Below are positions 1 through 11,857 of a stretch of DNA of 64,000 bases, one piece after another. The notes below the pieces were generated by a model that saw only the letters and a list, made by a program, of their open reading frames with translations, did no database searches and was not told the origin of the DNA. Location: NCBI GenBank assembly GCA_965645245.1, contig OZ287074.1:1922001-1986000 (forward strand). The letters run 5' to 3'. Within the stretch, counting starts at the first letter, position 1, and each line of letters opens with the position of its first letter. Position numbers and translations under genes: made by a program. Source of the stretch: Massalongia carnosa. Its lineage: Eukaryota.

Positions 1-816
1 AATGCATTTTTCGGTCGACCGCCAGAATGTCCAGATTGTCGAGACATGATCAATGTATGTATAGAGATAATAGGAAGGTACCTCAAATTAGGTAGAAATG
101 TCTAGTAATTTCAGGTATTGGTCTATGAGAAAGATAAATTTGACATGCTTAAGTAATATTATACCAAAAAGACAGGGTCCAAGTCTGCACGTGACGTATA
201 ATACGTGTCAGTGGCCCAACTGAGGTATTTTTCCTAGCCCTACTTGAGGCTGACAGCTTGAGGCTGACGTGAGCCTATCAGCCCTAATGTGGTTAGTTAT
301 GTGGAGCTAGGAAGGCTTCTAACCACAACTTGCATGCACTTCCTATTCGGTAGCGGGAATGGCCCGTGAAGTTAATATGTACTCATGTGGCCCAGAAGTC
401 TGTCGTTTCCTTTTTGGATTAGCGTGCTACAAGAAGGTTTGACCAATAGAATCACTTCATTATTCCCCGCATTTCCCACCTAAATGATCAAATCGAAGCC
501 ATCATCATTACTACAACTTTTGTTTTTGTGTGTCAGTATCATAGTCCTTCTGTTTCTTATATCATACTCACTTACTAGAATGCTCGAACAACTTTCCGAC
601 CTCTCATCGCCGCCCTCAATGCGACGATCAAGTCGTATTTTCACTTCGTCCAAGCGACAGCGTCCCCGAGATAGAAATTACAATGATGAATCAAGCGATG
701 TTTTTGAGCTGACATAAAAAGAATCAGAAATAAGGATCTGTTTCAGCAGAAATTGAAGAACGTGTGACGAAGCGAGATAGTGAATAGATTTCTACCATTG
801 CGTCACCTGTCCTCCC

Positions 817-1598
817 AACCACCAAAGGCACACCCACCATGGTTCGAAGTCTACCCGGCGTGGCACCGCGAAGCTACCGTTGCGGCAACGGCCCGACACA
901 AGCAGATGCAAACAATCAAAGCACGACAAATGAAGGTCTGGAACGACTCGTGGTGCGCATATCAAAATCGCGTCATCGAACCCTCCATAGCACAATCAGT
1001 CCCACTGAGCAAAAAACGGCTGAAAATACACACGCAGCTAAAAAAGGCAGAAAGCGCTCTAACAACCCAAATCCGCACTGGCAAGATCGGGTTAGCTGAC
1101 TTCCTCTACAAGCGACGGGTGCCCTCCGTCACCTCACCGGCCTGCTCATGTGGCTGGCACAGACAAACTCCAGAACATGTAATCATGTTCTGCAGACTTA
1201 TTGACAATAGAGAACAGATGTTTCGCGCCGCCGGCACGAGCGACTATCAGCAGCTGACCAAATCATCAAAAACTCTGAAGATACTAACTGCTTGGCTAAT
1301 GAAAACAGGCTTATTGAATCAATTCTCACTAGCATCAACATTATTGTAAAATCAACAATAGTTGAACCTTTCTTTCTTTCTTCTCTTTTCACAAGGCATT
1401 ACAGTTCCCACACGTCTTTTGCACTGCGTCTCCCGCCCGACGTCGACACGTAGTCACATCGGACGGGTATCAAGGGACATGGTTTTTACACCTGTGAAAG
1501 GTTTTCCATGTAACATAACTTAGATAGCTTTGCCAGCATGGGCCGGCCTACGGCCGGTGTCATATCGGAGTATGAATACATCATCATCATCATCATCA
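817..1598 (+). mobile_element. 5'-truncated Tad1-like LINE (ORF2 C-terminus, 3' UTR, (CAT)n tail)
   Basis: Near-identical to 37486-38256. Zinc knuckle CSCGWHRQTPEHVIMFC; (TCA)n tail ~1579-1601; perfect 14-bp TSD TCACCTGTCCTCCC at 803-816 and 1599-1612. Confidence 0.93.
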
Positions 1599-2291
1599 TC
1601 ACCTGTCCTCCCGACCAAAAGGCACAATACTTAGTCTATGAAATTATAGATTCACGTGTCGGTATAATAGCATGATTGTCATTGAAGGTGATTATCTATG
1701 TGGGCTATTTGTCTGCTTTATATAGCAGTCACAAAACAGTCACATCTAGGAGCCTAAACGGTCAGACCTTGTCCCCCCATATCTGCTTGTTTAGGCACCC
1801 TAACGGTCAGACCTTGGCTCCCATATCTGCTTGTTTAGGTACTTTGCCAGGCACTTCCCGGGGCTCATGATGGATGCCCATATTGATGGTGGCCTCATCA
1901 TCTAACATCTAACATAGTCCGCAGACGAAGATCTATTCTACTATAACTGGGACTCTTGCTATGTTCGCTGTAACTTAGGTCCTGCCGTCCGCAACACGCA
2001 TGGTCGAACCGTTACAGAACGTGTAACGTCAGTGCAACGTCTCTATGGTCAGTAGAGGTGTATGAGCAATCAAGTATGAACTGGGTTAGAGTTATCTGGA
2101 ATATCCCCTTCTGGATTACTAGTGAGTTAACCGCGAGGAATCTAGCTAAGGGAAAAATAGGCTTCCTTGTATACATGGTGGGTGCTGGGAGTCTCAGTAC
2201 TGGTCACTGCTAAGTATGACTCCTAGTGACCAAGTGGTCACTGGTGATCAAGCCATGGTCACTGATGACCGAGTGGTCACTGGTGACCAGG

Positions 2292-3618
2292 CACGCGGGT
2301 GACAAAATAAATTGCAACGTGTAAGCGAATTTACCCCCCCTTTTTTATTCAAATTTTCATCTCATCATCAACCATCATCTGCATAGCTGATAAAATTCAT
2401 CTAAATTACATGAGATCAATAACCAGTCATCGCCCCCTTTGCATCTTTTACCTCTTTCAATCTTTTGGGCATGGATAACACCCTTTCATTGATAAATTCC
2501 TGACTGACTCGAGCCCATCCCTCCCTAATCAGCTGCTCCAAACTTGCATCGTCCCAATGAGGAAATTTACGAACATGCTGCTTTGCGGGCTGCCAGCAAT
2601 TTTCAATGGAGGCTAGATCAGGAGATGAAGCACAATTGAAATAGTGCTCTAAATCGTGATCTAACTTTCACTTTTTGACCGCGTTTCGTGTCTTGCCCGT
2701 GCCATGACCAGAGTCTCCATCTTCTTCAAGTACGAAGTCATCTCCACGCTCCAACCAGGGCTTGACAACGGGATCAAGAATAGCGTCAATATACACCTGA
2801 TGAGTCATTTTTCCATTGCTATTGCTGGGCACATCGTAGAAGTAGATATCCGACTTGAAATTGTAACCAACTGCTGCCCAGCAGTGCTTTCTTTTACGAT
2901 CTTTCTCAGGTGGTGCATCACGATGCTGAATACAATCCCAACGATATCTTGTTCCGGGCTTACGAATGATTCGTAACTGTCCTTCAGGCCCGTAGCCAAA
3001 ATGAATCTCATCGCTGAATCGTACGCGATGCCAGTCTTCGGACCGAGGATATTTATTTAACATAACTGTAGCAAATTCTTCTCTTCTTTCTTCTGATGCC
3101 ATTGCCAGCCACCCTTTGACACAGGCTAGACATTTGTGATAATTCAAGGCAGTTGTAAGAGTTCTCTTCATTGTACGTCCCATCACGTCGGCCCCAATCT
3201 CCTGTGCTAAAGCATCCCATGTGTAGCGTTTTCCTTCCAATTGTAGATCTTGATCCTGCAGAATGTGATCTGCCTCCTTCAGCTGATCATCACTAATCTT
3301 TCGCTTTCGACCCCGAGTCTCAACGAGAGAAGAATTGTGACGTGTGCGAGAAGAAGCTCCGCTTTTGATGATGTTATAGCCCGCGCGCTCGGCCACGCCA
3401 AATTCCTGAAAAATGGCCCGTGGATCGAATGGAATTGCATGTGAGATGAGAAATTGATAAGCTCCTTGAACTTTGGCCTTTGTGGGAGTATCATACTGAG
3501 GCTTTTTGGGTCGAGACATTGATGATGAGATAAAAAGTTGAAAAAAAGGAGGGTGTTTTGATGGGGCATTCAGGGGTAAATTCGCTTACACGTTGCAATT
3601 TATTTTGTCACCCGCGTG
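2292..3618 (-). mobile_element. IS630/Tc1-type DNA transposon, 1327 bp, 46-bp perfect TIRs
   Basis: TIR CACGCGGGTGACAAAATAAATTGCAACGTGTAAGCGAATTTACCCC at 2292-2337 and inverted at 3573-3618; encloses a transposase ORF. Confidence 0.95.
2416..3519 (-). pseudogene. Tc1-like transposase (DD38E) with one in-frame nonsense codon
   Basis: Motifs VRFSDEIHF, WAAVG, LEEDGDSGH, SPDLASIENCW. TGA at 2668-2670 (probably from TGG) interrupts an otherwise continuous frame ending ...GAMTGY* at 2416. Confidence 0.92.
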
Positions 3619-3642
3619 CCGGCTAGTGCTTCGTTCAAGCAG

Positions 3643-3836
3643 CTAAGGTTGGTTCAATGAACTAAGGTTGATTCAATGAACTAAGGTTGATTCAATGAAC
3701 TAAGGTTGATTCAATGAACTAAGGTTGATTCAATGAACTAAGGTTGATTCAATGAACTAAGGTTGATTCAATGAACTAAGGTTGATTCAATGAACTAAGG
3801 TTGATTCAATGAACTAAGGTTGATTCAATGAACTAA
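3643..3836. repeat. 19-bp tandem repeat, ~10 copies
   Basis: Unit CTAAGGTTGATTCAATGAA, nearly invariant, with no spacers. Confidence 0.97.
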
Positions 3837-4196
3837 CTGGCAGGTGCCCAGTCACTCCATGATATACAATGCGTCAAGTGTGATATCAAAGAATGAAGAC
3901 GAATCCAGTTTTCATTGACAAGCTTGATGAATTCAGGAACATGACTAACGTGATTATCTGTTGCGTCTAGGCAAGATTGTACGAGTGTTGAAGGATGTTG
4001 ATTAAATGAGCAAGTCTGCTTGCCTATATATAAGAGGGACAGTAGACACTAGTCCTTATGGGTTATAATGCTCAGTGTGACTGCTAATAGATTGGTAGGT
4101 GCTAAAGCTAAAAGCTGATTCCCTGAAGATGGGAATCGAGCTTTCTATATACCCCTTGGGGTCCTATTTACTAACTACTTGTCTGGTTACCTGTCT

Positions 4197-4352
4197 GCCT
4201 TGTTGCCTTCAGCTGAGGTCTAGTAGATAGCCTTGCTGCCTTCAGCTGAGGTCTAGCAGATAACCTTGTTGCCTTCAGCTGAGGTCTAGCAGATAGCCTT
4301 GTTGCCTTCAGCTGAGGTCTAGCAGATAGCCTTGTTGCCTTCAGCTGAGGTC
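4197..4352. repeat. 33-bp tandem repeat, ~4.7 copies
   Basis: Unit GCCTTGTTGCCTTCAGCTGAGGTCTAGCAGATA, containing the palindrome TCAGCTGA. Confidence 0.95.
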
Positions 4353-4609
4353 TCCTAGGCGTCCCAGGCCTCCCATGAGATCGAGGCTTATCTGAATAGC
4401 TTCAGTTGCTGCCTAATAAACTGGTAAGGCTGATTGCTGATGGCTTAGTATTGCTATCCGCCTTATCATGACTAAGCATCCGGATTATCAGTCACCCGGT
4501 CTTCTTGGGTGAGTCATCTCAGGAGCTAGCGCAGTCCTGTATTGCCGCGCTATTACACTATATAAGCTTAAAATACGCTAGTCTCAATTGAGACTTCCCA
4601 TAAAGGGAG

Positions 4610-4841
4610 CACAGCGAGTGACAAAATTAAATTTACACCGAAACTTTTTCCTCACCAAAATCACCGAATTTTCTGTCATAAACCGTAGCGTTTTTTAGTT
4701 AATTTAATGGTTTTTTGAACTTCAATAATTAAATCAATTCTGCTTTCATTATTAATCACTGCTTGCAAACTTTTAGGCATTAAATCACGATGATTTTGGT
4801 GGGGGAAATTTTGGTGTAAATTTAATTTTGTCACCCGCGTG
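4610..4841. mobile_element. MITE (232 bp) with termini related to the 2292-3618 element
   Basis: Ends CACAGCGAGTGACAAAATTAAATTTACACC / GGTGTAAATTTAATTTTGTCACCCGCGTG; direct repeat GGGAG at 4605-4609 and 4842-4846; AT-rich, non-coding interior. Confidence 0.88.
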
Positions 4842-4849
4842 GGGAGCTA

Positions 4850-7146
4850 CGACTATCCGCACGAAGGCATCACCCCTCCCCACTAACTATAGATGGTTTA
4901 GAGATCCCGAAACCTTAATTACCCACCAATCAGATCAAGTACTTGCTACCCCTATTTGACCCTTTTTGATAGAACTTAATCCACTACTATTTACATGAAT
5001 TTCATTCACACGTTTCAGTTCAGATGTAATGCCTCCCAACAGGTCTGATTCTTACAGCAAGGTTTAATTGGATGACATCCTCCGCATGCCCACATTGTTT
5101 GAACACCTCGTCGCTTTCTTTTCTTTCCATTTGCAAACCTTTCGGTCAATGGTTCTCCTTTGCGTTTGGAAGGCCTTGTTTTGTTGACATTGCAGGGCAC
5201 GCAACTCTGCTTCTTATCAAAATGAATATAATGATGCTTTGGAAAGGAGATCATAGGCTCGACCGTGGTTTGTACGCTTACTTGTGGCTCATATCGTCGG
5301 GTTTGTCCAGTGGGGTTCTTCATCAGAGCAAGAGAAAGATGAATAAAATCCGTACGGGAGAGTCTCTTCTCTTCTGTTTTAGAATCATTTAATAAATAAA
5401 GCTTGTATGCATTCAGCGCAGCAGCATCTAATAAAAAGATGAACAACGGCCACCAATACCGATCACTTCGACGTTCGTATGAATAAACCGCTCTTTGTTG
5501 AGCATTGCCGTCTGAACCGCCCATGTGAAGATTGTAGTCTCTGATTGGGGCGGGAATCGGTAGACCCAACGGCCATGAAAATGATTGATCAAGCATTAAA
5601 GTGGTGTGAGCATAGATCGATGGGTAATAAGGTATGATTTGTTGAGCGGAGTCTTCAGGAATACCATGTCTTTTCAGCGGATTTAAATAGTACGAACTGT
5701 CAAGCTCTCGAGGATGATGACGAGTAGTCATGATTTGAACGGTGTTGTTATCCACCCAGCCCATACAAAGCACCTCATCATCGACAATTGTACTGGCCTG
5801 AAGTCCCCAATGTTTGGCTTTGACCGCAACATCCCGCATGGCCAGCAACTCTGCGGGAAATCCAGAGCCTTTTTTGGCTCTCCCGCATGCAGCAATTCCT
5901 AGTGATCGAAGAGCTTTGAATAGCTTCGTGCTGGTAAAGAAATTGTCGCAGAAGAGAGTGTAATTCAGTGGCTTGGGAAGTGTTTTACAAAGCTGAATTA
6001 CCAACAAAGCATTATCTGAAAGACCAGCTTTTGCTAAAAATCCCAATTGTCTGGCTGTTTTTAATTGACTGATTTTCGTGACCTGCTTCTTTTTAGTTAT
6101 TCTAGCCTATTACGAGAAAAGAAACGGAAAAGAGCATGATTTTGCGGCAAAAAAAAGCGGTTTCGTGTATCATTGTCCGAAGTCAGAATGAAGAATCAGT
6201 CAACTCACTTTGGAGGCAAACAACAACGATATCAAATAATTATCCTGACAAAGACTATAAACTTTAAATCCTTTGCCAGCCTGCTTTGAGGTTATTTGTA
6301 AAGTATGACGTGATCGACCTTTGAGTTTAATTAATTGTTCGTCAATTGATATGATGCTTCCTGGTTCATAGTACTCCAACGAGGCCTCACGAAAACCGGT
6401 AGCAAGCGGTTCCAATTTCTTCCACCAGTCAGCTCCTTTGCCCATGCCCGAAGGCTCCGTACGCCCATTATTGAGTTTCAAAAATCTTTTGATTTGTTGG
6501 AATCGTCTAAGGGACAAAGCCTGTTGAATAGGCATGAAAATGGGCTTATCAGAGCATCTATTCCAATAATCCTCTGTAGCAGGCGTCTGATTCATACCCA
6601 TGCACAGAAGAATGCCCAAAAACGCCTCTGTTTCTGGTCCAGTCGTGTTATGCCATGCGCGAGGATTATTTTCTTTCTCCTTTTTCATATGATCGTATGC
6701 CTTGATATTGGTATGACATGCGATAGTACGACAATGCTGAGGCGTAATGAATAACTGAAAAAGCTCCAGCGGAGTGTCAACAAGACCTTGAACCAGTGAC
6801 TTTGGAGACCTATCATCGATTGAAATGGGAGTGTAGTTGGATAGGGGGGGAATATCGGCCAAGATACTCTCAATGGTGCGTTTGCGATTTATTTTATGCT
6901 GCTTCGTTGAGATGGGCGATTTGTCCGAAACACTTGGAACTTCTTCTTCATTTAACCTATATTATTGACTTCACTTTGAGATGATAATTATAACAACTGA
7001 TGGGCCAAAAAATTAATTATCGATGATGATGATAATGATGCTTGGGGAAAAAAAGGTAAACAAAATATTGATGTTCTGATTACTAATGTCATGCAGCCAA
7101 ACACTAGTGGAGGGTGATGCCTTCGTGCCAGCGAGAGGGATAGTCA
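4850..7146 (-). mobile_element. piggyBac-type transposon with imperfect TIRs
   Basis: GACTATCC..GCACGAAGGCATCACCC..CCACTA at 4851-4885 is inverted at 7105-7145; the left copy lacks 9 bp. TA at 4848-4849 and 7147-7148. Confidence 0.75.
5015..6862 (-). CDS. piggyBac (DDE_Tnp_1_7-type) transposase, intron-containing
   Basis: TPLELFQLF; catalytic SIDEQL, FCDNFFTS and HMGGSD; C-terminal Cys-rich domain CVPC...CGGC...CC...CW..H. Intron from GTGAGT (~6208) to AAGCAG (~6083) gives SK|VTKISQL. Start codon uncertain. Confidence 0.88.
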
Positions 7147-7173
7147 TAATACCATAATACCATAGCCATAACA

Positions 7174-10100
7174 GATGCCGACAAACAAAGCAGCGACCTT
7201 GCTGACGCCCTCTACCCCTTCTAACGTTACCTTCCCTGGGTAGTCCAGCTTCGTATTCGTCGACCAATTCTTTGCAGTCCTCCAAGTCCTCTAGTTTGTA
7301 CCAACCGTTATGTTCATGACCATAGCCTTTCCACTTGACAAGGTATTGATTTTTACCCCTTGTTATCCTTTTGTTTAGTAGCTTTTCTACCTCGTAGGCC
7401 GGATCCTGAACCTCGCCCTCTTCCTCTACAGGCGGGGGTTCTGGATTAGATAATCTACCGTATGGGTCTGGACCGATATGAGGTTCGAGCTGAGCTATGG
7501 ATATCGCTGGATGTATTTTCATTGTTGGAGGTAACTCTAACCGATACGCCAGATTGCCTACCTTCTCCAGGACTTTAAACGGACCTACTCTCTGATAAGA
7601 GAGCTTTCTATTGGAAAGACCCGGAATAGTGTATCCATGATGAAGTTTAAGAAAGGCCTTGTCTCCTAGTGCTATTGGTTTGTGTGACTTGTCGTATCTA
7701 ATTTTAGACATGGCTGAGGCGAAGGCCATGGCGAAATCAGCTTCCTCTCTTTTGATCATACGTAGTCTGCCGAAATCTTCTGCTGGGAGGTCTGACAGCA
7801 GACTGACAGAGTCATTGACCTTGAAAGCGTAAAGCAATTCATTTGGAGCGAAGCCGGTTGAAACATTAATGGCATTATTCATACTGGTTTGAACGAAGGG
7901 TAATATACTGACCCAGTCATTGGTTTCTCCAGTAGTAAGATGATAGCGTAGGGCAATCTCAATCGTCTGATTAGTGCGCTCCGATTGCCCATCGGTCTGC
8001 GGGTGATAGGCGGTGGAAGTAAGCATGGCTACTTTTAGCTTGGAGAATATTGTTTTCCAGAAGGATGACATGAACTTGGCATCCCTGTCACTGATGATTG
8101 CGCGTGGGATGCCCCAATCATGTTGTAAGAGCGCCACTATGACTATGTTGGCCCATTGGACTGCGTCATAAGTGGTCTTTCCTTGTAGCAATAGCACCCT
8201 TTTTGAGAACTTATCAGTGACGGTGTCATACCAGTCTGGAGGCGTCCCTGGTAATGCCACTATGAAATCCATTGCTATGGTGTGGAAGGGCATAGCCGGA
8301 GTGACAATGGGATTGAGTTCTTCATATGGTGCGTGTCTCTTGGTTTGGTTTAATTTGACATTCCGGACAATGCGCTATGTACTTTCTCAACCTTTTATAA
8401 GGTGACGTATGTAGATCGAGTTAACTATCCGATCATAGGTTCTATGAAAGCCACCATGACTGGTCCTGTCATGAGCTTGCCTGAAGATCTCCTCCTCTAG
8501 GGAAGCGGGTATACATAATCGCTCTCGCCCATCGTCGGCTGATACGTAGTATAATAATCCATCTCTATAGCGAAAGCGAATTCCAATGCGGGAGCCTTCT
8601 GGTGGGGTGGAATTGTCGTTCGTCAATTCGGTTGCCTCGCCTTCGTTGATTGAGGACAGGTCGCTCTCCTTTGGTTTTACTAGGTTTAAAATCTTTTCCC
8701 AATATTCGTCATCATCGTATGCTTTTTTGAGCCTATTTTTGAACTCATCCGCCCTTTCTACTAGTGTGACGTGATAGGCTACGGGAGCTAGGTCTGGTAG
8801 TAGGGAACTTAGCTCATGCTGAGCCAAGTTAACCGGGCATCCATATAAGGCTTCCAGTTCGCCTATCTTTTCAGCTGTAGATACGTCTGCTTGAAGGCGT
8901 GATAGGGCATCCGGGACGATGTTGGTTTTACCAGATTTGTGACGCAGAGTAAGATTGAATCCAGACAAGTACTGTGATGCCCGAACGAGTCGTAAGTTAA
9001 GCTTATCAGTGCTCGATGTAGTCATACTGGTTTGACGGGAGATGGGAATAGCGGCCGAGTGATCAGTGTATATGATGGTAGGTGGGCATTCTGTCGATTC
9101 TATCATGTACCTGATTTTTCGTACAACCCATACTATGCCGGCAATCTCTAGTTTAGTCGGCCAGTAGTTCTTTTCGGCGGAGTTGAGGCACCTGCTAAGA
9201 AACATAATGGGTTCAATGTCAGCTTGGGCGGGATAAGCACCTGGAATGATGAGAATATCGCCTTTGACATGATAGATTATAGCGGCGAATCCCCAGGATT
9301 TCGAGGCATCTAGGTCCACGTAAAGACGGCGTTTGGGGCTGAAGTGAACCAGAAATCTAGGAGACCTGAACGCGTCTTGCAAGCCCTTGAAGGCTAGCAC
9401 TTCCTCTGTGGTCGGGTCATAGAAGAATACTCGAATAGACTGCCGTTTACGGGCAGGACCCTTGGAACTGACCGGGAGCGTACGTGTTAGCGCGGTTTTT
9501 CGTTCTTGAAGAGGATTTGCTCTTTGAGCGTATCGCGGGATAGACGTCCGCAACCACCCGGTGAGTCCAAGGAATATTTCTAAGTCTCGTAGATTGCTTG
9601 GGAACAACAGAGACGTAATAGCGGCTATTTTTTCTTCTGATGTTGACATTCCCGAGGAGTCCACGCGCTGACCGAGTAGTATGACGGATAGATATCCCAG
9701 AAATGACTTGAAAGGTGCTAGACTGACTCGTTTGAGTCGAAACGTGTCAAACAGCTGTCGTAAATGAGCTACGTGCTCTTTCAGAGTGCTGCTGAATATA
9801 ATGATGTCGTCCATAAAAGCTCTAGCGAATTTACGGTACGGCCGTAGCAGCCTGTCAGTTTGTCGTTGAAAATAGGGTGGAGTTCCTTTATATCCCATTA
9901 AGGCTACTCCAATTCCTCTTGTCCCCTATGACTAACAACGGTTAGTTTGTGCCGATCCTTGTGTTGAACACTAAACTGGTAGAACCAGCCCACTGCGTCC
10001 ACCGTACTGATATAAGGATAACCGGAGACCGCTGCGATGATATCGCTTTTAAAGGCAAGGGATAGCTATCTGTTTCCGTAATGTCATTTAGTCCTCTGAT

Positions 10101-10730
10101 ATCTATGACTACTCTACCCTTTCATCCACTTGGAGTATCCTTCCACACTACGAAGCATGGATAGCTGAACGTTGTAGGTTGAGTGGTGAACTTAAGTTTT
10201 CCCTGTTCCTGAAGCTTATCAAAAGTTGTGTCGATACATTCTTTATCTCTTTGTCCCACCGGGTACACCTTCGCGGGCGGTTTTGGTACGATACCTGATT
10301 TCAGGTTGATGGGCATCTATTCTTCCTCCGGAATGTCCACGGTCGTACCCTGATCGATGAATACATCTTGGTATTCGGTGACAAGGTCAGAGAGCGGTTG
10401 ATTCATACCGATATGGCCATAAACGGTAACTCCGTTAAATAGCCTCATCTCCATATCGGGAGTTATAACTGAGGTGGGTTTTATCGAAGTGGTGGTATCA
10501 ACACCGATTGTGCCACTAGATGATACGGATGCGGCATAAGCCGTAGCCATTAAGGCCGCTCCCTTTGTGATTAATGATCTTATGGATCCTCCAGTCTTCC
10601 ATCCTGACGTAGCTAGCTGGGCTTCAGCTGGTAATGTCATGTAGCATCCATGGTGCGTGTATTCTACCACTGATCCTAGGCGAGCTCTCTTCGGAAGAAC
10701 CACCGTTTCATGACGGCAACATAGGCCGTG
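7174..10730 (-). mobile_element. Decayed Ty3/Gypsy chromovirus pol (RT-RNaseH-integrase-chromodomain), 5'-truncated
   Basis: RT motifs MGYKGTP and FMDDII; RNase H DAS; integrase AH...H...CPEC, TAYHPQTDGQSER and GPF; chromodomain YEVEKLL..YLVKWKGY. Broken by stops (e.g. 10317) and frameshifts. Confidence 0.95.
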
Positions 10731-11076
10731 AAAATCCTCACATCCAGCTCGTTTTATAACTCTTTTCATGAGCGTCTGAGCTGTGACCCTGACTACTTCA
10801 ATCTTCTGCTCTATTTTGAAGTAGATACAATCGAAAATAATTCTACAAGTGACTATAGCGCATCGAAGCTCATAAGCAACCTCATGACCAGCTTTATCAT
10901 TCATATTATGAATAATTAGTGAAGTTTAAATTATATGGATGAGAATATTCAGATTCGATGAGGGAAAAAAAGATGTTTAGGAGGTTTGTTTATGTCTGCC
11001 AAGACGCGCTAACCAAAAAAAGGAAACGACAGACAATACCTACATAGCATCTGCAATAGGATAGAGTATCGTCAGC

Positions 11077-11857
11077 ATGAGGTCCTCGTCCTCGGCCTTT
11101 TTTGCTTGTGGTCGATTATCTTCGATAGCTCTAACATCCTCTCAGAGAATTCTCTTTGCAGTTCGGCAATTTAGCACCACAAAGATACGTTGTTCAAAGA
11201 ATCGAATCTTCAATTCGTTCGTATATGTTCCTTTCCCGCCCGAGCGATTTTGGATCAGCATAGTCTAGAGCATTTGCTCTCAGTCCTCTAGATCGTTCAC
11301 ATGCGGCTGATCTTGTTATCTACTAGGGTACGCAACAAAGATGACTTCTCTACCCTTCTTCTCCTTTCCGCCTCGAGCAAGCAATCTCTCATAACGCTCT
11401 GGACCGCCTCGTTTTGCCCTTCTTGCAGTGCCGTGGCGCCCTTGATCAGAGATGTCATTGAAAAGGATGGGATTGGGGAGAGTGAAGGAGGAGTTGGTTT
11501 CGCCGAGGTGGAGGTTGATGCGCCAGGATTAGGAGGATTAGGAGGAGAGTACTTAGTGAGCATGCTTATCTCTTGGAGTTTGATTCAAGAGGTGGCCGCC
11601 GTATCATGGTGGAGGATGCGTATTTCGAGAGGAAATTTAAGCGCTAATCCGTAAAACAGATAAATTCGATGCCTACCCTGCTCTCATTTAGCCGGCAAGA
11701 AGCCCAGCTGATGACGAAGATCACTAGTGTGGACGAGTTGAAGGATCGAGAGCTCCTTAGGTTGTGGGTCCAAAATGAGGCCAGGCGGGGCGGCGCTGGT
11801 GGTGCGGGAGGGGGTGGAGGAGTTTTTGGAGGAATGTTTGGACTGAAGGGAAGGTGA
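11077..11857 (+). CDS. Thioredoxin-fold protein with probable mitochondrial presequence (3 exons)
   Basis: Arg/Ser-rich N-terminus; WTASFCPSC (CxxC); INSMPTLL cis-Pro loop; GT-AG introns ~11217-11325 and ~11556-11659. Confidence 0.8.

Larger units (their letters stand above)
1677..7173 (-). mobile_element. Probable 3' LTR of the Gypsy element, split by nested insertions
   Basis: On the minus strand TGTTAT begins at 7173, just after the chromodomain; TATATAAAG...ATGACA ends at 1677. Other TGTAAC/TTACA ends at 1969, 2022 and 4557 suggest a further nested LTR, but no matching TSD was found. Confidence 0.4.
398..11034. mobile_element. Old TIR element (outer shell) enclosing the whole TE nest
   Basis: 398-426 GTCTGTCGTTTCCTTTTTGGATTAGCGTG is an imperfect inverted match to 11005-11034; both outer flanks are AA. 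The internal coding remnants (484-800, 10750-10920) could not be assigned. Confidence 0.55.

Noticed and set aside
3643..3836. CRISPR-like appearance of regular repeats (also 4197-4352)
   Set aside because: Head-to-tail units with no unique spacers, eukaryotic context and no cas genes.
2022..4557. Solo LTR TGTAAC...TTACA
   Set aside because: LTR-like, but the flanks (GAACG vs CTATA) do not form a TSD, so the boundaries are unsupported.
7013..7173. C-terminal extension of the integrase ORF
   Set aside because: Read-through into LTR and piggyBac terminal DNA, not real protein.
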